Source: Candidatus Rifleibacterium sp. (GTDB lineage: Bacteria; Muiribacteriota; Ozemobacteria; Ozemobacterales; Ozemobacteraceae). From it: DNA of 64,000 bases. The notes beneath the pieces were generated by a model. That model had not been told where the DNA came from. It ran no database searches and saw only the letters and a program-made list of their open reading frames with translations. The DNA lies in assembly GCA_035352635.1 (NCBI GenBank), contig DAOPYA010000006.1:3742-67741 (forward strand), read 5' to 3'. Shown one piece after another: positions 29,006-37,739 of the stretch; positions within the stretch are counted from its first letter, which is position 1, and each line of letters starts with the position of its first letter. Position numbers and translations under genes: made by a program.

Positions 29006-30189
29006 TGCAAGCGTTCATAACTGGGCATGCTGCCGAGTAGCGGGCGTGCATAGTTGAGAAAGTCAGTGGTAACGCCGTTGCCGGCTTCGTTGATGAAAGT
29101 GCGTGGCATTGGCTTCGTTTCGCGGGCGACACTGGCGAGCGGGGTCAGGAAATAATCGACCGAATAATCGCCAGTTCTGCGAATGGCAACTGAGCCATCG
29201 ACGTTGTTCCAGACGGCAAACTGGGCGGCTTTTTCGCCGACTTCACGGGCTTCGGCCTGGTCAACTTCTGAAACGATGCCGAGAAAGCTTCTCTGCAGGT
29301 AACCAAAAGTATCAGAGCGAACCCGCTTGATTTTGAGGCGGTCCTTGATGACTTTGCCGAGGGCATCGCCGAGGGCGCCGGTACCCGAAAGCTGCACGTT
29401 GCCGTGCGCATCTTTTTCAGAATCGCCGATCAGCGAAGAGATAATCGGCTGGCCATCGGGGCCGACAATGCCTTCAGACACGGCAATGACACAGCGGCCG
29501 AAGCGCCGGTAAGCATCATCGACATCTTTCAGAAAAGTTTCAGTTTCGAAGGGTCTTTCTGGCATATAAATGAGGTGTGGGCCGTCGTCTTCATATTTCT
29601 GGGCGAAAGCCGAGGCTGCAGTCAAAAAACCAGCGTTGCGGCCCATAACGACGCCAATGTAGACGCCGGGCAGTGCGCGGTTATCAAGGTTAACGCCGGC
29701 GAAGGCTGAAGCAACGAACTTGGCCGCCGAACCATAGCCAGGGCAGTGGTCGGTGACCCGAAGATCGTTATCAATGGTTTTTGGGATATGAATGCAGCGC
29801 AGTTCATAGCCAGCGGCCGCGGCATTATCATTCACGATGCGCACCGCATCAGCCGAATCGTTACCGCCGTTGTAGAAGAAATATCTGACATTGTGCTTCA
29901 TACAGACTTTAAAAATCTTTTCACAATAATCAGCATCTGGTTTATCACGGGTCGAAAGCAGTGCCGAACTGGGTGTACAGGCAACTCTTTCGAGATTGTG
30001 GGTAGTTGCCTGGGTCAGATCGATGAAATCTTCTTCGATAATGCCTCTGACGCCATGTAGAGCGCCATAAACACGGTCAACTTCAGGAAACTTTCTTGAT
30101 TCAAGAACCGCACCTACCAGACTCTGGTTGATAACAGCAGTCGGGCCGCCGCCCTGAGCGATAAGAACGTTACCTACGAGTTTTGCCAT
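28981..30189 (-). CDS. 6-phosphofructokinase (PFK-A family, possibly PPi-dependent)
   Basis: LIAQGGGPTAVIN..GG.DS..PKTIDNDL motifs. Confidence 0.8.
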   Translation of the reverse strand: MAKLVGNVLIAQGGGPTAVINQSLVGAVLESRKFPEVDRVYGALHGVRGIIEEDFIDLTQATTHNLERVACTPSSALLSTRDKPDADYCEKIFKVCMKHNVRYFFYNGGNDSADAVRIVNDNAAAAGYELRCIHIPKTIDNDLRVTDHCPGYGSAAKFVASAFAGVNLDNRALPGVYIGVVMGRNAGFLTAASAFAQKYEDDGPHLIYMPERPFETETFLKDVDDAYRRFGRCVIAVSEGIVGPDGQPIISSLIGDSEKDAHGNVQLSGTGALGDALGKVIKDRLKIKRVRSDTFGYLQRSFLGIVSEVDQAEAREVGEKAAQFAVWNNVDGSVAIRRTGDYSVDYFLTPLASVARETKPMPRTFINEAGNGVTTDFLNYARPLLGSMPSYERLQCPKVIKK

Positions 30190-30285
30190 GTTATAGTGTC
30201 TCCTCTGTTTGTAATGAATTGCACCGCGCCATTATGCCCCGAAAGGCCGCAGCAGGTCAAGAAGAAGTTTTTTTCCGAAGGGGCA

Positions 30286-30314
30286 TTGACAAAGAATCTG
30301 AGGCACCATAGAAT
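30286..30314 (+). promoter_or_regulatory. Near-consensus sigma70 promoter TTGACA-17-TAGAAT
   Basis: TTGACA at 30286-30291, TAGAAT at 30309-30314. ATG codons at 30313 and 30322. The predicted TSS coincides with ATG 30322. Confidence 0.55.
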
Positions 30315-32910
30315 GCACGGCATGCCCACCCCCCGCAAAAAGAAAATCGCGCCGGCTACGGCGGTAAATATTGCCGCCGGCGACCGCCAGGTGCTCGTCG
30401 ATGCCATCGCTGAAGCGCAAGGCGCCGAAGTGTTGAGTGCGGCAACCTGCCGGACCGATAAAACCTGGGATAACATCCGGATTCTTGCCCGGGGCAACGA
30501 AGACTCAGCGCCGGCAATCGTGCGCAGTCTCCGGCCCGGTGATGTTATGCTCCATAACCATCCATCAGGCGAACTGATGCCTTCTGATGCCGATCTTTCG
30601 GTGGCTTCATTGTGTGGCAAGTCAGGCATCGGTTTCGTTATTCACAATAATGCATGCAATGAATTCTATGTTGTCGTCGAGCCTTTTATTGAAAAACAGG
30701 TACAACAACTTGATCCCCGCGAAATGACTGCCTTCATCACAAAAGGCGGTGCCATTGCCCGCCGCCTCGACAACTTCGAAGAGCGTGCCGGACAGAAAAA
30801 CCTCATGGAAAAAATCATTGAGGCAATGAACAAACCCTGCCACGCCATGCTCGAGGGTGAGACCGGCATCGGCAAAAGCATGGCGTATCTGATTCCGGCG
30901 GTGCACTACGCGATCCGAAACCGTTGCCGGGTCGGCATCTCAACCAATACCATCAACTTGCAGCATCAGCTGGTCAATAAAGACCTGCCTTTTCTTGCAT
31001 CGATTCTTGATTTTCCCTTTAAATACTGCCTGGTCAAAGGCCGGCGCAATTACATCTGCCTGCGCCGTATTCGCGAAGCCCTCGCCGCCACCGATGGTGA
31101 GTTCCTGCTCGAACACGATGAATTCGATCAGTTTAATCGCCTGGTTTCGTGGGCCGAAAATACCGCCGATGGTTCGTTGAGCGATCTGAACTGGGTGCCG
31201 GTTGAATCGCTCTGGGAAAAAATCTGCTGCGACAAAGACAGTTGCCCGGGCATAAAATGCAGCGAATACAACGAATGTTTTTTTTATACTTCGCGGCGTT
31301 TTGCTTCTGAAGCCGATATTCTTGTGGTCAACCACCACCTGCTTTTTGCTGACCTTGCCCTGCGTGCCGACACCTCTGAATACAGTCAGACAGCGGTTAT
31401 ACCGGCCTGCAAGGTTGTGATTCTCGATGAAGCTCATAATCTCGAAGAAACGGCGACCAAGCATTTCGGGTTTCGCACTACTGCAGTTGGCATTCAGCGA
31501 GTTCTTAACAAGATTTATCAGAAACGTGGCCGGCGTGAGCAGGGTAGTCTCGCGACTCTTTATTCGCTGATTTCGTTCGGTCGCGGCGATTTTTCGGTCG
31601 AGAACCGGGCGGCCCTCCTCCAGGATCTTTCCGAAGATATGATTCCGTCGCGCCTCGAAATCGGTGATCTCAGCCGAAGTCTTTTTGATGCGGTGACTGC
31701 CTTTATTACTGACCCGGCCAGCGCCCAACCCGGTGAATACCGTCTGCGTATCGGGCCGCGCGAAGAGCAACGCGGTGAGTTTTCTTCTCTGGTGCATTTT
31801 GCCTTTAAGCTGCGTGACGAATGCAAGCGACTTGCTGGTCGAATGCGCAAGATGGCCCGCAAGATAAGCAATCTGCTTGGCGATGAAGAATCAGACGAAA
31901 GTGAATGTTTTGAACTGCCCGTAACCGAGTTAAATTCTTACGCGGCCCGCCTCGACGAAACTGCAGGTGGCGTCAACATTCTTTTCGATGCGAGTGCCAC
32001 TGATCGTGAAATTTTTGTGCACTTCTTCACGGCTGCCTTCAGAAAAAACGCTGTCTACCCGGCCTTTAATTCACTGCCTATCGAAGTCGCGAAGCCGATG
32101 CTGGAGTATTGTTTTAAAAAAATACCCTGCACGGTTCTGGTTTCCGGAACTATGACCACCGCCCATGATTTTTCGTTTATTCGCGGTCGTCTTGGCCTTG
32201 ACAACGCTGAACTGACGCCGAAACCACTTGAAGAACGCTTCTCTTCGCCCTTTAATTACCAGGTGCAGGCGCGGCTTTTCATTCCGACCGATTTGCCTGA
32301 CCCGGCCAGCCCGGTTTTTGCCGAGAAAGTCAGTGACCCGTTATTCGAAATTATTCTCGCTTCGCGTGGCGGCGCCTTGATTTTGTGCACCTCATACGGC
32401 CATTTGAACCATTTTTACAACAGTCTGGCGCGGCGGCTTGCCGCCGAGGGCCTTGAATGTTACAAGCAGGGCGAACTTGAACGGCATCATCTTCTTGAAT
32501 TGTTCAAAGAAGACGGCAACGCCGTGCTGATTGCAACCGACAGTTTCTGGGAAGGGGTCGATATACCCGGTTCAGCGTTGCGCAACCTTATCATAACCCG
32601 CTTGCCGTTTGCGACGCCCAATGACCCGGTGCTTGAGGCACGCAACGAAAAGATCAAGGGCGCAGGGGGCAATGCCTTTAAAGAATATCAACTGCCGATG
32701 GCCGCTATCAAGCTCAAACAGGGTTTTGGCCGGCTGATCCGAAAAAAAGACGACCGCGGCACCGTCTGGATACTTGATAACCGTATTGTCAGCAAAAGTT
32801 ACGGCAGTTATTTTCTTGATTCACTGCCAGAACTGCCGGTCATGCGTGGCAAATTTCAGGCACTGGCGGGCATGGCCCGCAAATTTTTCGGCAATGATTC
32901 TTGCGAATAG
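30313..32910 (+). CDS. Fusion protein: N-terminal JAMM/MPN (RadC-like) domain + DinG/XPD-family Fe-S superfamily-2 helicase
   Basis: HNHPSGELMPSDAD matches the JAMM motif H-x-H-x7-S-x2-D. Walker A GETGIGKS. DEAH box VILDEAHN. Fe-S cysteine cluster (CLRRI..CCDKDSCPGIKCSEYNEC). C-terminal helicase_C_2 region. The track start at 30196 is GTG and sits 7 bp from the divergent pfk start, so it was rejected. Confidence 0.75.
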   Translation: MHGMPTPRKKKIAPATAVNIAAGDRQVLVDAIAEAQGAEVLSAATCRTDKTWDNIRILARGNEDSAPAIVRSLRPGDVMLHNHPSGELMPSDADLSVASLCGKSGIGFVIHNNACNEFYVVVEPFIEKQVQQLDPREMTAFITKGGAIARRLDNFEERAGQKNLMEKIIEAMNKPCHAMLEGETGIGKSMAYLIPAVHYAIRNRCRVGISTNTINLQHQLVNKDLPFLASILDFPFKYCLVKGRRNYICLRRIREALAATDGEFLLEHDEFDQFNRLVSWAENTADGSLSDLNWVPVESLWEKICCDKDSCPGIKCSEYNECFFYTSRRFASEADILVVNHHLLFADLALRADTSEYSQTAVIPACKVVILDEAHNLEETATKHFGFRTTAVGIQRVLNKIYQKRGRREQGSLATLYSLISFGRGDFSVENRAALLQDLSEDMIPSRLEIGDLSRSLFDAVTAFITDPASAQPGEYRLRIGPREEQRGEFSSLVHFAFKLRDECKRLAGRMRKMARKISNLLGDEESDESECFELPVTELNSYAARLDETAGGVNILFDASATDREIFVHFFTAAFRKNAVYPAFNSLPIEVAKPMLEYCFKKIPCTVLVSGTMTTAHDFSFIRGRLGLDNAELTPKPLEERFSSPFNYQVQARLFIPTDLPDPASPVFAEKVSDPLFEIILASRGGALILCTSYGHLNHFYNSLARRLAAEGLECYKQGELERHHLLELFKEDGNAVLIATDSFWEGVDIPGSALRNLIITRLPFATPNDPVLEARNEKIKGAGGNAFKEYQLPMAAIKLKQGFGRLIRKKDDRGTVWILDNRIVSKSYGSYFLDSLPELPVMRGKFQALAGMARKFFGNDSCE

Positions 32911-32923
32911 CGCTCGGCGCGAA

Positions 32924-34201
32924 TCAGACAGAACGGCTCAGCTGCTTGAAGAATTCAACCAGTTCAGGCTCGTCTGAGTCTTCGGCAATCTGCAAAAGGG
33001 TCAGCCCGGCCTTATTTTTCATGTTAAGGTCGGCCCCGGCCGAAATCAGACTTCTCACCGCTTCGAATGAACCGTCTTCAACGGCATGCATCAGAGCGGT
33101 ATTGCCCGAGTCATCACGGCGATCAAGCAGAATGCCATATTCGAGCAGCAGGGCGAGAACGTCGAAGTGTTCTTCAAGCACCGCTCTGATCAACGGCGTT
33201 GCGCCGAAGACACCTTTTATTTCGGGGTCAGCACCGGCATCAAGCAGTGCCTTTACGATTTTGATATTGCCAAGGCTGACGGCAAGCAGCAGTGGTGATG
33301 AGCCTTGTACGGCTTCGCAGCGGTGCATGTCTGAATCTTTTTCGATCAGCATTTCGACTGCGGCGAGATTGTCGTTCTGAATTGCCTTGAAGAGAAGGGT
33401 CATGCCTGAATCATCGTTTTCGTTAATCAGCTGCGGATACTGCTTGATCAGCGTTGACAGCTCAGGTAGCCGGTTGTTCTGCAGCAGGCTGACGGCCTTG
33501 CTGAAATGGCCCGAAACCGTGATGGTGCCCGGAATCTTATTTATCGCATCGACAAGTTCTACCAGGCGCAGCCGGTCGAGATTGTCGGGCAGCCCTTCGA
33601 GATAGCCAGCAAGATCTGGCAGGCTGTTCAGGAGAATTGCTGCAACCGTAAGGCTGGCTGACTCGCGAAAATTGGCGAGCAGGCATTCAAGCCCCTGCAC
33701 ATAAAGCACCGGAATATCATTGCTTTTGCCGAAACCGGTCAGAAAACGACCAAAGCCAAAATTGAGGCGGTTGCGCTTCAGGCGCTCAAAATAGATACAG
33801 GCATTCTGAGCCTTCTGTACCCTGGCAACCACGTCCTGTTCGTGAAAAGACAATGTCCAGGCCAGGCGTGACAGTTTGAGGGTCAGGCAGGCGTTTTCCT
33901 GGTTGCATGCCAGTTCGGCGGCCACTGAGGTCATGTAAGCTGTTTGAATGCGATCGAGAGCGAACGGCTGCTCTTCGCTGCTGACAAAAAAATTAAGGGC
34001 TTCAGCGCCGCGTTCGAGCCTGACCAGACAGAGAAAGTGGTAATAACGCTGCCAGCCAAAGAGTGCCGGGTCTACGGGCGGGTTGGCGAGCAGACGGGTG
34101 CGCATTTCCTGGCAGAGATCAAGGGCGCTGGCGTAACTTTCCTGGTTGAGCTGCGTGGCAATCTGTTTAAGATAGGTTTCAAAGATAGTTGGATTTGTCA
34201 T
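32924..34201 (-). CDS. Ankyrin-repeat protein with N-terminal TPR-like helical region
   Basis: At least 4 ankyrin repeats in the C-terminal third (TPLIRAV.., NTALMHAV..G..E..LI.AGADLN). Confidence 0.7.
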   Translation of the reverse strand: MTNPTIFETYLKQIATQLNQESYASALDLCQEMRTRLLANPPVDPALFGWQRYYHFLCLVRLERGAEALNFFVSSEEQPFALDRIQTAYMTSVAAELACNQENACLTLKLSRLAWTLSFHEQDVVARVQKAQNACIYFERLKRNRLNFGFGRFLTGFGKSNDIPVLYVQGLECLLANFRESASLTVAAILLNSLPDLAGYLEGLPDNLDRLRLVELVDAINKIPGTITVSGHFSKAVSLLQNNRLPELSTLIKQYPQLINENDDSGMTLLFKAIQNDNLAAVEMLIEKDSDMHRCEAVQGSSPLLLAVSLGNIKIVKALLDAGADPEIKGVFGATPLIRAVLEEHFDVLALLLEYGILLDRRDDSGNTALMHAVEDGSFEAVRSLISAGADLNMKNKAGLTLLQIAEDSDEPELVEFFKQLSRSV

Positions 34202-34204
34202 GCT

Positions 34205-34588
34205 TCATTCGAGGTAACCGTGGTCGTCACCATTATTGGTTTCAACGCAGCTGACCCGTAAATTTTCCTTTTCATTTTGTATCCAGTAGCGACCCGCACA
34301 GGGGCAGACCGGCTTGCGGCGAAGATAACCGAGTTCTTTGAGCTTATCGACGGTCAGATTGGTGTTATCGATACTGCTCATTTCAGTCTGACTTTGCAGG
34401 GCAGCTGCAAGTATCACCCGCATATTTTCGCGGCAACTGGTTCGGCGTATGCGGGTTCGGATATTGGAAAAACTCCATGATGCGAGTGCGACAAGTATGC
34501 CGATAATCGCAATCACGATCATCAGCTCAATCAGCGTAAAACCTGCGGTTCTACGTTTCAGGTGGGTTTGGTAATTGTCAGCATGCAT
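34205..34588 (-). CDS. Prepilin-type N-terminal cleavage/methylation domain protein (pseudopilin/type IV pilin-like)
   Basis: KRRTAG/FTLIELMIVIAIIGILVALA with Glu at +5. ATG at 34588 gives a 16-aa leader. The track start at 34639 is less likely. 4-bp gap to the ankyrin gene. Confidence 0.75.
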   Translation of the reverse strand: MHADNYQTHLKRRTAGFTLIELMIVIAIIGILVALASWSFSNIRTRIRRTSCRENMRVILAAALQSQTEMSSIDNTNLTVDKLKELGYLRRKPVCPCAGRYWIQNEKENLRVSCVETNNGDDHGYLE

Positions 34589-34737
34589 AGGCAGACCATG
34601 ATATACTGTTTTGCAGCGAAAAAAAAGCATAAATATCATGATTACGCTTAATGGGAAAAAGATAAGGCTATGGCTGCAACCTGAGAAAAATCAGGCGTTG
34701 CAGAAAATCGGCCGGGGTTATATGATTTTATTTAAAA

Positions 34738-35802
34738 TTGACTGCATGCAATCGGGAGAAAAAAATGGGTCTGACCGCTAAACTCGTTCTCAAAGCACTT
34801 GAAACAGGTATCGTGCCTGAGCGCATCTCGAGAGCATGGGTGCGCTACCTTTGCTCTCAAGCGATTGATCGCGCATCGCTCGGTGATGTTGAAGCGCGGC
34901 ATGCGGTATTTCGCCAGGTTCTCAAAGAACTCAAACTTGGAGCCATGATTCGCAATGAGCCAAATGCCGAGGATTCGGGCGGTGAAATGGGCCCTGAATT
35001 CTACGAGCTTTTTCTTGGCAAACGCCTTAATTCAGGCTGTTGCTACTTTCCAACCGGGGCTGAAGACCTTGACGAAGCCGAAGATACCATGTTGTGGATG
35101 TCGGCTGACCGTGCCCATATCCGTGATGGCATGAAGATTCTTGAAATTGGCTGTGGCTGGGGAGCCATGACTTTCTGGCTGGCGGAACAGTTTCCCATGG
35201 CGCATATAACCGCTATTGCCGAGAGCACCAGCCGGGCAATTCATCTTCAGAAACGTTTAAAAGAGCTTGAGCTGAATAATGTCAGAGTGGTGGCCGCTGA
35301 ATTTCAGGATCTCAATTTCAGTGCTGAGTTTGACCGGGTAATCTGCATTGAAAGATTTGATCTGATTGCGCCAGCCCCCGCCTGGGATTCAAAAATAAAA
35401 GCCTGGTTAAAACCAGATGGCAAGTTGTTTTTGCAACATCAGGTACATTCTGCTTGCGCCTATTACCAGGAATCAGCCGGTCTTGGCGATATTCCGGGCA
35501 ACAGTGTTGTCAACCTTCGCATGGTGCCGTCTGCAGAAATGCTCTGCCTTTGCCAGAAGGCCTTCATGGTCGAAGATTACTGGAAAATCAGCGGTGAACA
35601 GTATAAAAAAACGGCGGAGCGCTGGCTGAACCGCTACTATTTTAACCGACTGGCAATTCTACCGTTATTCGAAAAGGTATATGGCAAGAAAATGGCCTGG
35701 ACCTGGCTGCAACGCTGGCGCCTGTATCTGATTGCCCTGGCTGAACAGTCGGGCTTTAATCGTGGTCAAGAATGGATAATCAGCCAATATCTCATGGGCT
35801 GA
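34738..35802 (+). CDS. Class I SAM-dependent methyltransferase of the cyclopropane-fatty-acyl-phospholipid synthase (CMAS) family
   Basis: ILEIGCGWGAMTFWLAEQFP SAM-binding motif and CMAS-like length. Confidence 0.7.
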   Translation: MTACNREKKMGLTAKLVLKALETGIVPERISRAWVRYLCSQAIDRASLGDVEARHAVFRQVLKELKLGAMIRNEPNAEDSGGEMGPEFYELFLGKRLNSGCCYFPTGAEDLDEAEDTMLWMSADRAHIRDGMKILEIGCGWGAMTFWLAEQFPMAHITAIAESTSRAIHLQKRLKELELNNVRVVAAEFQDLNFSAEFDRVICIERFDLIAPAPAWDSKIKAWLKPDGKLFLQHQVHSACAYYQESAGLGDIPGNSVVNLRMVPSAEMLCLCQKAFMVEDYWKISGEQYKKTAERWLNRYYFNRLAILPLFEKVYGKKMAWTWLQRWRLYLIALAEQSGFNRGQEWIISQYLMG

Positions 35803-35878
35803 CAGGTTTTAAAGGTTATTTAGGTTTAAAAAAAGCCGGGCAATCAGTTTGCCCGGCTTTTCAGGTTTACCCTGCAGG

Positions 35879-36616
35879 TTAATCGCGACTCTGAAAGGCT
35901 GCCAGCAGTCTGAGCAATTCAAGATACAGCCAGACAAGCGTCACCAGCAGACCAAAGGCGCCATACCATTCCATGTGTTGCGGCGCTCCTGACTGGGCGC
36001 CCTTATAGATCATGTCGAAATCGAGAATCAGATTCAGCGCTGCAATAGCTACAACAACCAGGCTGATAATTATGCCAACCACGCCGGTAGAATGAATCGG
36101 AGTCGATAGACCGAACATGCTGAGAATGAAAGAGAACAAGTAGGCAAAACAAACACCCATGGTGGCCGAGAGAACACCGGCCCGGAAACGCTCGGTCGGC
36201 TGTATGATGCCGGTCCGGTAGAGGAACAGCATGCCAAAAAGGGTTGCGAGGGTGAGCATGATGGCGTTCAGCACTATGCCCTGATAGGCCATCTGAAAAA
36301 GAGCAGAGATGCCACCGAGGGTCAGGCCTTCGAATACGGCGTAAATCGGGGCGGTAAACCGGGCATTCTTTGGCGAAAAAATGGTAATAAGCGCGGTGAT
36401 CAGACCACCAAAAATACCGAGATACATCAGGCTCTGCACGCTGGCAACCTGTTCATATACCATTTTCCAGGTGAAACTGCCGGCGGTAATCACCAGCAGC
36501 ATCAGAAAAGCAATTTTATTGATGGTGCCCTGCACGGTCATCACGTTGCCGGCTGCCGCCGTTGCGCGAAAATACTCATCTTTGAACGCGGGGTTTGAAG
36601 TTCTGTCAAAACTCAT
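35879..36616 (-). CDS. Bax inhibitor-1/YccA family membrane protein
   Basis: 7 TM. GGAGG RBS before ATG at 36616. The frame is open to 36652. Confidence 0.7.
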   Translation of the reverse strand: MSFDRTSNPAFKDEYFRATAAAGNVMTVQGTINKIAFLMLLVITAGSFTWKMVYEQVASVQSLMYLGIFGGLITALITIFSPKNARFTAPIYAVFEGLTLGGISALFQMAYQGIVLNAIMLTLATLFGMLFLYRTGIIQPTERFRAGVLSATMGVCFAYLFSFILSMFGLSTPIHSTGVVGIIISLVVVAIAALNLILDFDMIYKGAQSGAPQHMEWYGAFGLLVTLVWLYLELLRLLAAFQSRD

Positions 36617-36701
36617 GTTTTTTTTCCTCCGGGCTGGTGAGATGATGACCATTCGGTCATCGGGTAGTGAAACAATTACCAGTGCGACATCTTTGTCGCG
36701 G

Positions 36702-37730
36702 TCAGGTGCGACTCAGCTTTTCAGCTTCGAGCAGGCCTCTTTCGAGGTCTTCGAGACCATTCTTGATGCTTTCGACCTCTTTGACCATGGCGTCAGAAGA
36801 GGCTTGCAGGGTCATGACATCGACGAATTTAAGGGCGTTCATGTTGTCCATGAGGCTGTCGAACAGGTCACGCATCTGAATTTTCTGCATCTTTATACGG
36901 TTTAGACTCGTGGCGAGGCCATCAAGTTTCAAGAATCTTTGCTTTTTCTGGTCAATATTCGCCTGCATCTGGGCGCGACTGACCTCGTCGGTCATAACCG
37001 TCAGCTGTTGCTCATAGTCTTTAACATCGGCAGAAAGCTTGTCGCGGTCAATAGTACCAAGATAGCTGCCAAGCCCGGCGGTTCTCGCGAGAACCACCGC
37101 GTGCTTGACCTGCAGGTTCTCGACCTGATCGATGATCTTCTGCAGGGCAGATTTCATGGCAGGCTTAGCATTGCGGTGACTTTTTCTGACTTTGATCAGC
37201 TCGCGCTCAATATCGGTAAATTCTTTTAGATCGTTCTCAACCAGCAGTTCAGGCTCGACATCAACCTGGGAAAGCTTGAGAATCCGGCGACGCAGGTTGC
37301 TCTGGCTGAGTGATTCAGCGAGGTCGGCTGCGCCGGCCGTGAGATTCTGCAACGTAACGCCGCGCTGAAAGCCCAGCACAATTATTCCACAAAGGATGGC
37401 TGCGAATGAATAAGCACTCAAACCGGCTGCCATAACGATATACGGCACAAAGAACAGCGCAAAGGCGGTAAACAGATAACTTGCATCGCGTTCTCGCACC
37501 GTGACGACGAGCATAACCAGGGCCATCAGGTGAAAGAACAACTGCGACTCGCTCGATACACCTTCGGTAGCCTTGAAGATCCACATCATGTAGGTATTTA
37601 CGCTCAGGCAGCAGAAGGAAGCGAGGGTTCGTTTGACTTTGCTGTCATCGATATCGGCATCGAAGTGTTGAAGATTCTGCACCTGGCGAACGGCCAGGGG
37701 TGCCGGGTTGGCTGGTTTGCTCGCGGGCAT
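36702..37730 (-). CDS. Membrane-anchored coiled-coil protein (TelA/XpaC-like architecture), hypothetical
   Basis: 3 N-terminal TM helices followed by about 200 aa of predicted coiled coil. Confidence 0.45.
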   Translation of the reverse strand: MPASKPANPAPLAVRQVQNLQHFDADIDDSKVKRTLASFCCLSVNTYMMWIFKATEGVSSESQLFFHLMALVMLVVTVRERDASYLFTAFALFFVPYIVMAAGLSAYSFAAILCGIIVLGFQRGVTLQNLTAGAADLAESLSQSNLRRRILKLSQVDVEPELLVENDLKEFTDIERELIKVRKSHRNAKPAMKSALQKIIDQVENLQVKHAVVLARTAGLGSYLGTIDRDKLSADVKDYEQQLTVMTDEVSRAQMQANIDQKKQRFLKLDGLATSLNRIKMQKIQMRDLFDSLMDNMNALKFVDVMTLQASSDAMVKEVESIKNGLEDLERGLLEAEKLSRT

Positions 37731-37739
37731 AAGGTCTCC

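Noticed and set aside
30196-30312. Upstream in-frame extension of the JAB-DinG gene starting at 30196
   Set aside because: The start codon is GTG, there is no RBS, and it sits 7 bp from the divergent pfk start. A near-consensus promoter lies inside the extension.
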